DNA from: Eledone cirrhosa
Taxonomy: Eukaryota
NCBI GenBank assembly: GCA_964016885.1
Contig: OZ024741.1
Span: forward strand, 414,780,001 to 414,844,000
Direction: 5' to 3'
Length of the DNA stretch: 64,000 bases
Every line of letters starts with the position of its first letter. Position 1 is the first letter of the stretch. Shown piece by piece: positions 55,320 through 64,000 of the stretch. A program made the translations under genes and the position numbers. The notes beneath the pieces are model-generated. The model saw nothing but the letters and a program-made list of their open reading frames with translations, did no database searches and was not told the origin of the DNA.

Positions 55320-55979
55320 ATTTAAAAGTTAAACAAGGTTCAATGCATACATCAAAGAATGAGTTTTACAATAGATTGGAAGCACTCAACAATTAAAGGT
55401 TTTCCAGAGTTATTAATATTAATTCAAAATATTAACAAAATAGATATTCTTGTGATCAATTATATTTTATTATACATATTTCAGAGGTACTGAGTTAAGT
55501 TCAACAGTACATCCTCATCAGATAAAATAAAATGATACATGACATACCCTGACATATTAGATGGTTAAGATTTAGTCATAGCAGTGATTAACTTATGACA
55601 ATACTCAATATTTATACCCTAATATTAAGAACATGAGATAACATAATACAAACAATAGAGAGGGTGCGTGTAATAGAGTTTAAGAAATACATGGCATCAA
55701 TATAACAGTCATAAATTTTTAATTTTTAAAAACTACTGGAGAAAGAGGAGGGAAAGGAAAGTATAGAGGAAGAAACGGCTGGTGTGATAATATATTTAGT
55801 AGGTGACTTGAAAAAATGATGCCATGTATCTCTTAAACTCTATTAAACGCACCCTCTCTATTGTTTGTATTATGTTATCTCATGTTCTCAATATTAGGGT
55901 ATAAATATTGAGTATTGTCATAAGTTAATCACTGCCTTGATTGAATCTTAACCATGCCAGGGTATGTCATGTATCATTT
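55320..55979 (-). mobile_element. Penelope-like pseudo-LTR remnant with inverted arms 55530-55699 and 55817-55979 (copy 2)
   Basis: It has about 165-bp imperfect inverted arms, the family motif shared with 48800 and 62800, and a hammerhead core on the minus strand. Confidence 0.65.
55462..55533 (-). ncRNA. Minimal type I hammerhead ribozyme-like motif
   Basis: CTGATGA-GGATGTACTG..CAGTACCTCT-GAAA-TATG-TA. Stem I is AU-rich and imperfect. Confidence 0.5.
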
Positions 55980-55980
55980 A

Positions 55981-56160
55981 GCGAAGGCCAGGAGCCGAAA
56001 AGGCAAATGAGAGAAAGGGAGCTGAAAGTTATTCGTTTTATAGGGTTCTGCCGGAAGTTACAGAAAGGGTTCTACTTCCTATCTAGAGAGCGTTAATCTA
56101 TTGGTGATATGAGTGTTACAACAAGGGAGGTAACTCCTGCTACATTAACCCCCGCCAGAT
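55981..56160 (-). promoter_or_regulatory. LTR U3-like fragment with CCAAT, ETS and TATA motifs, oriented towards unc-79
   Basis: The minus strand reads CTGGCGGGGG (PPT-like) TTAA TGTAGC..., CCAAT (56100-56104), ACTTCCGG (56051-56058), TATAAAA (56036-56042), then a pyrimidine-rich tract. Confidence 0.45.
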
Positions 56161-56179
56161 TTTTAAAATATGAAAATCA

Positions 56180-56310
56180 ACTTTTAACGGTCTGAAAAAT
56201 GAAAGTAAATTTATTTTCATTTTCGAACGTCGTGTTTACATTTTGTGTGTTTAGATCTAAATTAGTTACTGAGATTAAAGACAAAATCAGAGCCTCTGTC
56301 GTTTTAACTG

Positions 56311-56398
<88 letters not shown>

Positions 56399-56832
56399 CG
56401 TGTGTGTGTGTGGTTGACGGTTGAGAGAAGAGTACTCAATACCGAAGTAATCTTGTAAAGAGGCTTGCAGAATGGTGAGTCCGCCATTCTGGACGCTGCT
56501 GCCGTGTAGAAGTCCCAAATCGAAGCTGTGACACTCTCGTCCCCATCATTCAGCAGGGATTTTGCCAGGCAGCCGCATCATCTGCGATGGTTGGGCTTTC
56601 TATTCGGAAATTGAGGAAATTGAAGGTGGGATTTACGTTCATGATGTTGTGGTGCACGAACGGAACTTTGTAGATCCTGCGAACCCTGATGTACACACAC
56701 AGCTCATAGAGAATACATGGAGCCGTGCAAAGAAGCTTCGCCGCCAGCATGTTTCCTTTAAACACACAAAATGTAAACACGACGTTCGAAAATGAAAATA
56801 AATTTACTTTCATTATTGCGACCGCTAAAAGT
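56180..56832. mobile_element. Inverted-repeat-bounded element enclosing a Merlin transposase fragment
   Basis: Perfect 56-bp inverted repeats lie at 56198-56253 and 56759-56814 and extend imperfectly to about 74 bp. Confidence 0.7.
56425..56750 (+). pseudogene. Merlin (IS1016/IS1595-like) DDE transposase fragment, frameshifted
   Basis: VEVPNRSCDTLVPIIQ..ILPGSRIICDGWAFY..YVHDVVVHERNFVDP..VHTQLIENTW matches the IS1595/ISXO2-type signature DGW.AY..H..V.H...FV....HTQ.IE..W. Confidence 0.88.
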
Positions 56833-56864
56833 CATGTATGCCATATATATGTATGTTTAGTATA

Positions 56865-56874
<10 letters not shown>

Positions 56875-56898
<24 letters not shown>

Positions 56899-56917
56899 CG
56901 TGTGTGAGAGAGAGAGG

Positions 56918-57014
<97 letters not shown>

Positions 57015-57016
57015 GA
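56875..57016. repeat. Compound (TG)n(GA)n(G)n microsatellite
   Basis: Read directly from the sequence. Confidence 0.95.
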
Positions 57017-57564
57017 TATTTCTTCATAGTAAATAGTAGTTTACGTTTAAAACAATGTTGTCAAACTTTAGAACGGGAATCGAACTTACATCTTCTACTG
57101 ACCAAGGCAGAGAAACAATTTATTACTGTAGAAAGGTTTTCTGTATTCAACAACTGTTAATTTCTAATACTCTTAATAAAGGCATGAACATCACAACTTC
57201 ATTTCCTTTTTCACCGGCACATTTTTTAAATAATTTTTTAAAAACTTTTTTAATATATAAACAGGAACCATGTGGAAATCTCTTATTCAAAATCTACTAG
57301 CTTACATTTGAACCAACGAATGGGTCTTTAGGTCCAGGGGACTGAAACTCAAGGTCTCAAAAGGTCCATTACATCCTGGGGAAGAGCCATGGCAGACCAA
57401 ATGTTAGATGAGGTGGTGTGATATCCACCAGTTATAACATTAATCTACAATACAGCTGATAGGTTTTTTTTATCCCTGGAATAGCTGGTGGGAAATTTAT
57501 TATAAAAAGCATATAAATAAATTTACAGTAGAATAACATAACAAATATGTTTTAAATATATACA

Positions 57565-58130
57565 TAAATAACATTACAAATGCTTAGATAACATTATAAA
57601 TTGCTCGCGATTCTTTCAGAAGGATATATTCTTTTAATGTTGCAATATTAAAGAAAATGTAAAGGAAGGGGTGAACAACGGAGCCAACACCAGAGCAAAA
57701 GACAGCATCGAGAGGAGTACTGGGCAACCTCTCTAATGATTTCTGAGGCAATCCAGCACACTGGCAGTGTTACCTCGCATGATGCCGCGGCTGAGGCGCT
57801 GGAACAACCAAGCGCCCTCGCGAGATTCGCCAGTTACCTTTATTAGGCTAGCCGCCAGTGAAGAGAGGAACCTCGCAGTCAGCGGCCCGACTCCCCCAAA
57901 CGTCTCGAAAGCCACAGGCTGAAAAATGTAGCTGGCCGACAGATCAGAGTATTTGAGGGTCTTACTCCGCTCGGCTGCAGAAGCTGTGGCTCTCGTCCTA
58001 ACCGCAGCATCCAGGATGTGGAAGAAGCAAAAGAGTCACTAACAGTGACGTCCCAGACAAGACACCTTTTTCTTGACCAGGGGCACAGGGTAAGGCCGTC
58101 AGGTATTTTGCCGTCACTTCTGGACAACCC
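57565..58130 (-). mobile_element. CRE-like non-LTR retrotransposon 3' fragment (restriction-like endonuclease domain + 3' UTR)
   Basis: DGKIPDGLTLCPW..CLVWDVTVSDSFA..AERSKTLKY..FQPVAFETFG..FQRLSRGIMRGNTASVL has the RPD..D..K/E pattern of REL endonucleases, with one frameshift. Confidence 0.85.
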
Positions 58131-58569
58131 AATTTATATATTTACTCTCCCAAAGGAATGTTTATGATAGTAAGTGGGATATGGGAATCTGTACAAACTC
58201 TCCGTTTCAAATTCTCCTTAATTAGTCATGAAAGTTGTTCTACCGCGTGTCACAGGAAAATAGTTTGAAGGTCTCGTGTTTCCGACCCCTGCTCTGGATT
58301 TTTGGTCGACCTACACAAATTAATAGCCAAATCCCGCACATTAGAAAATAACATGATGATAGTGCAGGGACCCCTATTTAAAAATCCTGGGAAATCTATG
58401 ATTTGTACATTATTCTATGCACTATACATGCACCTTTGATGAGTTGTAGTGCACCTGAGCACTGTACACAATAATTTTCATTATTTCAACAGTACGGAGA
58501 AAGTGAACTTGGGTGCCTTGCCTATAAGAAAAATACGGGATGGTCACAAGTGGAATGTTTTTGAACATT

Positions 58570-58767
58570 CGAGGTTTGGCTGAAAAGTTCATAGGCTGAC
58601 CAAGATACTCTCATGGAATGACCAAATGTGGTTTATTTTTCAACATAGTCCCTGGAAAGAAATGATGTAGTTATTAATAAGAAGAGTTGAAATTAATGCA
58701 TACAAGATTTCACAGCTCTAGCATCAATCCTTCATAGTCAGCCTATGAACTTTTCAGCCCACCCTCG
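58570..58767. mobile_element. Mariner-type MITE
   Basis: TIRs of about 31 bp: CGAGGTTTGGCTGAAAAGTTCATAGGCTGAC / GTCAGCCTATGAACTTTTCAGCCCACCCTCG. The TA target duplication has decayed. Confidence 0.85.
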
Positions 58768-58884
58768 CAAGTCTGCTCTATTTGGCCTGACTTGTGGATA
58801 AACAGCCTCTTTTATTCTCGAATCATATATGTGTAAATCTAACACACACACACACATATATATATTATGCAAATTGTTTCATAA

Positions 58885-59410
58885 CAACTATTTAGCGGAC
58901 CCTACCTCAGGCAAATATCCCCTTCAGTTCTGGAGCCGGCTGGATTATCCAGAAATGAGGGGAAGAGACCAAACGGCCTTACCGTTTGTCCCTGGGTGAG
59001 AGGTAGGTGTCACATCTGGGACGCCACAGTCGTCGACTCTTTTGCCCCCTCCCACATCATCAGACCTGCCAATCTCTAAAAACCCGAACGGGGAGTACCA
59101 TGAAGAAAAGTGCCCCAAGACGAGGAGAAATGAGGCAAAATAGGGAGATTTTACATAATGAAAGCTATATCCATTTTCACAAGAGAAGACATCTCTCACC
59201 CACCCCAAAATGAGTGGGAGATGTCCCCGTAGGACGGGGAGAGTTGACAGGTCTGCATGATGGATGCCGCGGTAAATGTGAGGGTCACTGCTTCCGTTGC
59301 CGAACGGAATCAAATTCAGAAATTGCCTGATTTATCTAATAATTATTTTTTCCAGCCTGTAGCGTTAGAGACGTTTGGTAGAGCTGGGCCGCTGACAGCG
59401 AAGTTCTTGT
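58885..59410 (+). mobile_element. CRE-like REL endonuclease fragment, more diverged, interrupted by a MITE
   Basis: [42 protein letters not shown] [insert] VTASVAERNQIQK..FFQPVALETFGRAGPLTAKFL. Confidence 0.85.
59061..59255. mobile_element. hAT-like MITE (195 bp) nested in the CRE fragment
   Basis: TIRs are CAGACCTGCCAATCTC / GAGAGTTGACAGGTCTG. The flanks CATCAT / CATGAT look like a 6-bp target duplication with one mismatch. Confidence 0.8.
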
Positions 59411-59554
59411 CATACACATAAAAGAACGGTGCCCCAGCATGGCCTCAGCCAGATGGCTGGAACAGGTAAAAGAGTAAAAGAGTATACATAAGTAATTGTT
59501 GAAATTTAAAGATGGTACCTATATGTTTGTTGAAGTATCTTTTACTCACAGTTA

Positions 59555-60060
59555 TATAAATAACATTACAAATGCAGAGATAAGGTTATAAATTGCTCGC
59601 AGTTATTGCTGAATATAATGTTGTTAAACACAAATATAAACGCATAAAAGAGAGGGGGAGGGGACGACCAGAGTAAAAGATAGCAGCGAGGAGTACTGGG
59701 AAACCTCTCTAATAATTTTTGAGGCAAGCCAGCACACTTGCAGCGTTACCTCGGGTGATGGCGAGGCTGAGGTGCTAGAACAACCAAGCACCCTCACGAG
59801 CTTCACCAGTTACCTCTTAGGCGAGCTGCCAGTGAAGATAAGAACCTCTCAGTCAGCGGCCCGACTCCCCAAAATATCTCGAACGCCAAAGGCTGGAAAA
59901 TGTAGCTGGCCGACAGATCTCGGTATTTTAAAATTTTGTTCCGTTCGGCTGTGGATGCTGTAGCTCTTGCCCTTGCCGCAGCATCCAGGATGTGGGAAGA
60001 AGCAAAAGAGTCACTAACTGTGACGTCCCAGATGAGACATCTGCCTCTTGAGCAAGGGTA
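59555..60060 (-). mobile_element. CRE-like 3' fragment, sister of 57565-58130
   Basis: YPCSRGRCLIWDVTVSDSFASSHILDAAARARATASTAERNKILKY..FQPLAFE, with the shared 3' UTR AATAACATTACAAATGC..TTATAAATTGCTCGC. Confidence 0.85.
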
Positions 60061-60261
60061 CGTAGAGATACTTCTTCCTATGGAATAAGGAGCAGTAATG
60101 GACCTTAAAATAGATCGGTATATCACATTCCATGTATATTGCCTTCTGCACAAAAATGTACTAAAAAAAAATAAAATAAAGTCTAAAGGCTGTTTTATTG
60201 GTTGGAAAGCCTTATCACACGAGGGTTGGGAGCTATACATCTGTTTAAGTATGGGTAAGTG

Positions 60262-60715
60262 GAGGTAAGTGGCCTAGTGGTAAGGGGTTGCGGTCATAAT
60301 GTCAATGGGCTAGGTTGTGTGTTGTGTTCTTGATCAAAACACCTCGTTTCACATTGCTCCAATATCCTCAGCTGAAATTGAGTACCAGCAATAGCTTGAA
60401 GTTTAATCCTGTGATTGACTAGTGTACTCTCTAGTGGGATGGGGAGAGTCTTGTACTCTCAATCGCTTACCCCCAAGGAAACTGGGATGAGCACTTGCCT
60501 GACCAGCCTCTGGGATTAAGACAGTCTTTACACTTTAGACATTATACTCAGCCGAAAATAAGTACAAGCAATAACTGGGAGAGGAGGATTAACCCTGCGA
60601 TGGACTGGTGTCCTATCCAGGGGGAAGTTTTGTACTCTCAAACGCTTAACGCCACGGAAACCGCGATAAGCACCGGCATGGTGAGATTCCGGACTTTAAA
60701 CACTTTTCTTTTTAA
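60262..60715 (+). mobile_element. tRNA-derived SINE with a Deu/Nin-like core, followed by a second partial copy
   Basis: A box TGGCCTAGTGG. The core AACCCTGCGATGGACTGGTGTCCTATCCAGGGGG..GGAAACCGCGATAAGC is at 60590-60675, with a degenerate version at 60405-60500. Confidence 0.7.
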
Positions 60716-61072
60716 CACTAGCTGGAAATCACAATAACTTGAGTGTTAGGAGCAATGGAGTTTGACGGGTAAGTTGAAACATAACAGATATACATCTAAA
60801 TCATCTCCTAAGGTTTGAACTCGAATCCTGTGAAGTTCTGATGACTCGTGTCTCCACTGATGGAGAGATTGAGGGGTTCTTATTATTCCTGGAATGTCTC
60901 AAGTTCCTGGATTGTCTTGGAGAGATCGGCCAATTTCAAGTGTCAGTTATTATTGCTTATCTGGTGTAAGGTAGAATTTGAGGGAGATTTGGCTGCTATT
61001 TTTAACAGATCGAACGAGCTGGACATATTTGTGTGTGTGTGTGTATTTGTTGGACTACCGCACTTACATGTG

Positions 61073-61335
61073 AAGGTACGTGGCTTAGTGGTTAGAGCGT
61101 TGAGCTCATAATTGTAAGGTTGTGAATTTAAATTCCGGACAAGACGGTTGTGTTCTTGAGCAAGACACTTTATTTCCCGTTGCTCCAGTCCACTCAGCTG
61201 GCAAAAATGGGTCGTACCTATAATTCAAAGGACCAGCCTTTTCACATTCTGTGTCACGCTAAATCTCCCTGAGAACTACGTTAAAGGTACGCGTGTTTGT
61301 GGAATGCTCAGCCACTTGCAAGTTGTTCCGTTGAT
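61073..61335 (+). mobile_element. tRNA-derived SINE
   Basis: A box TGGCTTAGTGG, a degenerate B box, and the core GTGTTCTTGAGCAAGACACTTTATTTC..TTGCTCCAGTCCACTCAGCTG. Confidence 0.8.
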
Positions 61336-61509
61336 CGTTTCAAAAATCTAACCACTTAGAACAGAATGTTTTTGTTTTGTTTTTTGTTTTTCACGTAAAC
61401 TTGAATCAATTCTATAACTTGTAATATGGTTTAACCTAGAAACTAATCTTGAACATTGTGCGGTGTGTGTGTGTCTGTGTGAGGCTCATACACTGTTCAC
61501 ATACTTTAC

Positions 61510-61568
61510 ATACACCTTTGGTGAGTTGTAGTGCACCTGAGCACTGTACACAATAATTTTCATTATTA
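61510..61568 (+). repeat. Short retroposon 3'-end-like fragment, near-identical to 58427-58484
   Basis: CACCTTTG.TGAGTTGTAGTGCACCTGAGCACTGTACACAATAATTTTCATTATT occurs at both sites. Confidence 0.75.
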
Positions 61569-61569
61569 T

Positions 61570-61765
61570 GCGGTGGATTGGCAGTATCGGCAGAGGGTCG
61601 GACGCCATCCTTTGCAGCATAGAATTACGGCGCTTTATGATCTGAGTTAAAATCCCGTCGAGGTTAACTTTGCCTTTCAACCTTACGGGTTGATAAAATA
61701 AAGTACCAGTATTACACTGGAATAATTGTTGGCTTTGTGCCAAAAGTAGAAACAATTATTATTAT
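61570..61765 (+). mobile_element. Octopus-type SINE, near full length
   Basis: GCGGTGGATTGGCAG..CTGAGTTAAAATCCCGTCGAGGTTAACTTTGCCTTTCA..GATAAAATAAAGTACCAGT..TTTGTGCCAAAAGTAGAAACAATTATTAT. Confidence 0.8.
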
Positions 61766-61974
61766 GATAAGACCTCTATCTGTTTTTCTATCCTCAGAAC
61801 GACAGAAACATGTGAAGTTGACAGGTTGAGTTGCAGACGACAACTTCACACTCAGTTTAATAACTAAGTGACATGTGGAGAAACACTTGATTACGGGGGA
61901 GGGGCATGTCGACAAAGAAATCTTTGTAAGGGAAGTAACTCCAAAAGTTAACTTTGGGTAGTTTTCCTTGATAT

Positions 61975-62125
61975 AACAAAGAGGGTTTGGTAAGATACCA
62001 GGTGGACCATAACCCACCAGAGTACTCGATACTTGGAGTAGTAGAGATGGTAATATGAAAAGTTTCAGGACACCGACGGCCGCGCTCCGGCCGTTTCGAC
62101 AGCTAGATCCGGATCTAGCTGTTTG
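61975..62125 (-). repeat. Hairpin-headed dispersed repeat, copy D (inverted)
   Basis: GGTAAGATACCAGGTGGACCATAA..CCAGAGTACTCGATACTTGGAGTAGTAGAG is the reverse complement of copies A and B. It includes the palindrome ACAGCTAGATCCGGATCTAGCTGT. Confidence 0.8.
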
Positions 62126-62616
62126 GATATATATGTTTAAATATAAGTATGTATACGTACATACATATATATATACAGACGTACAGTAGTATGTATATAT
62201 ATATATACATGCACACATATATGTACGTATGGGTTTACCGAACATTTATTATAATGTTTGGTTTGTTTGTAAACAAACATCCCGAATTAAGCCGTACAGT
62301 GTTCGGCAACCATCGTTGCCCTTTTGTTCAACACTGACACAGGAACGATGAACTAGTTTCAAGCTTATTAGCTTTCGTCAGCACCGTATACCTTCCTGCC
62401 AGATGATTGAACGTCTGAAAGTATATACTTTCCTTATGCATATTAACGGCTGAGCAGCCTAATTTGCATATCGAGTGGATTAGTCGGCCGGGTGCACCGA
62501 AAATGATAAATGGAAAAGAATGAAACGAAATTTCATTTCTCACTCTTAGTACGGCTGATACTTAAATATAAGTATGTATACGTACATACATATATGTATA
62601 CAGACATACAGTAGTA

Positions 62617-62653
<37 letters not shown>

Positions 62654-62704
62654 GTAGGAGGTGAGATTTATTGTAGCACAATAAAGCAATGCAAATATCG
62701 GATA

Positions 62705-62797
<93 letters not shown>

Positions 62798-62799
62798 GG

Positions 62800-63210
62800 A
62801 AAGTTATATTTAAATTGTTGGGTTAACAACGAGTAAATATTTACAACTGATATAAAAGCACTCAACAAGTATTTGGAGTATATTTATGATATTAAATAAA
62901 TGGAAACTATATTTATAAAACCATATTTATTTCATTATATATATTTCAGGGATATCATATTAACAATATGTTATGCCTTCATCAGACAAAATACAATATA
63001 AACAGTCTTATAAATAAATAGATATGACATACCTTTCAATCGACTTGCATTTGGGAAGTTGATTTGGCAGTCATATCTATTTATTTATAAGACTGTTTAT
63101 ATTGTATTTTGTCTGATGAAGGCATAACATATTGTTAATATGATATCCCTGAAATATATATAATGAAATAAATATGGTTTTATAAATATAGTTTCCATTT
63201 ATTTAATATC

Positions 63211-63213
<3 letters not shown>
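62800..63213. mobile_element. Penelope-like pseudo-LTR palindrome (copy 3) with apparently perfect 144-bp arms, 62885-63028 and 63070-63213
   Basis: The arms match as reverse complements across a 41-bp spacer. The element is flanked by (TA)n and each arm includes the hammerhead core. Confidence 0.75.
63100..63175 (+). ncRNA. Minimal type I hammerhead ribozyme-like motif (mirror copy at 62925-62998, minus strand)
   Basis: CTGATGA (63113) AGG-CATAA-CATATT-GTT-AATATG-ATATC-CCT GAAA (63151) TATA TA. Confidence 0.5.
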
Positions 63214-63249
<36 letters not shown>

Positions 63250-63468
63250 TAGATAGATAAATACAGACAGACAGACAGACACAGACAGATAGACAGACAG
63301 ACAGACAGACAGACACACACATACACACATACATACATAGATACATATATATATATATGTTAAGTATTTCCGAAGAAAAAGCAAAGGAAAAAGAGTGCTC
63401 TATGTATAAAACAGAGCTATTTAATTAATTAATAATTAATGTGTTGTTCACTAATTATATATATGTAT

Positions 63469-64000
63469 CATCATCATCATCTTCGTTTAACGTCCATTTT
63501 CCACGCTAGCATGGGTTAGACGGGAGTTGTCCCACTTGAGGCAAGGTTGGTGGGGTGACTATCTGGCATGTTTTCTACGGCTGGATGCCGTTCCTAACAC
63601 CAACCACATTTACAGTGTGGACTGGGAAGTTTTTACTGTGTTACCTACAAGGCTACATTACAGCATGGACTGTGTGTTTTTTTGTGACACATACACGATC
63701 TCGATCTCATTATCTCATTTATTTGGACTGGATGTTGTGGTACCAACTTTACAGAGAGAGGGTGGTGTTGGTGGGAGTGGGAGGATAGGGTAGGGGTAGT
63801 GGATTGGGGTGTATATTTGGTTAAGAGGTGCCTACTGACTGTAGGTTTCGCTTTGTACATAGGGAAGGCGGTTCTTCTGTATTACTGCGTAGCGCCTAAT
63901 ATCTCGGTCCAGTGACATTGTCTTAGAGAGGTGCAAGTGTGTAAGGTCGGAATTTATCAGATCGTCCCAGTTTTTTCTACCTACTCCGTAACTTCCATCA
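63469..64000 (-). mobile_element. RTE-related 3' region: degenerate ORF C-terminus, UTR/SINE core and (GAT)n tail
   Basis: 63870-64000 reads GRKNWDDLINSDLTHLHLSKTMSLDRDIRRYAV on the minus strand, similar to the RTE C-terminus near 50470-50570. 63469-63650 is homologous to 48340-48553. Confidence 0.7.

Noticed and set aside
56144-56160. piggyBac end (TTAA-CCC)
   Set aside because: No matching inverted end with TTAA was found, and the sequence fits a PPT/LTR boundary on the other strand better.
56425-56750. Bacterial IS1595 contamination or recent horizontal transfer
   Set aside because: The fragment is decayed, embedded in host microsatellites and consistent with the eukaryotic Merlin superfamily.
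60262-61150. tRNA genes
   Set aside because: A boxes are present but B boxes and cloverleafs are degenerate and run into SINE cores.
61830-61962. GIY-YIG endonuclease C-terminus (KEIFVREVTPKVN)
   Set aside because: The resemblance is short, contains a stop and conflicts with the orientation of the adjacent repeat.

Overview
This is AT-rich animal genomic DNA, most likely a cephalopod (Octopus-like), inferred from the SINE/RTE families and the density of (TA)n repeats. The minus strand carries the first four coding exons of unc-79, an auxiliary subunit of the NALCN channel complex, which the ORF track misses. The exons are 54656-54635, 50778-50658, 47562-47402 and 46003-45833; all have GT-AG boundaries and join in frame. 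The intron after exon 4 contains a 55-bp satellite of at least 45 kb (about 820 units, 1-45078) with nested higher-order duplications. On the transcribed strand each unit holds a hairpin and a GTATGT/GTACGT donor-like site, and the array starts 2 nt after a branch-point/acceptor-like site. Other splice-adjacent structures are a tandem array of decoy 3' splice sites before exon 3 and a ~155-bp inverted duplication covering the exon 2 polypyrimidine tract. The rest is transposon debris: a 5'-truncated RTE LINE whose RT carries an internal PHD finger, Penelope-like palindromes with hammerhead-ribozyme cores, CRE-type endonuclease fragments, a Merlin transposase fragment, hAT and mariner MITEs, tRNA-derived SINEs and an LTR-like promoter remnant upstream of unc-79. 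Family and homology calls come from recalled motifs, not database searches.
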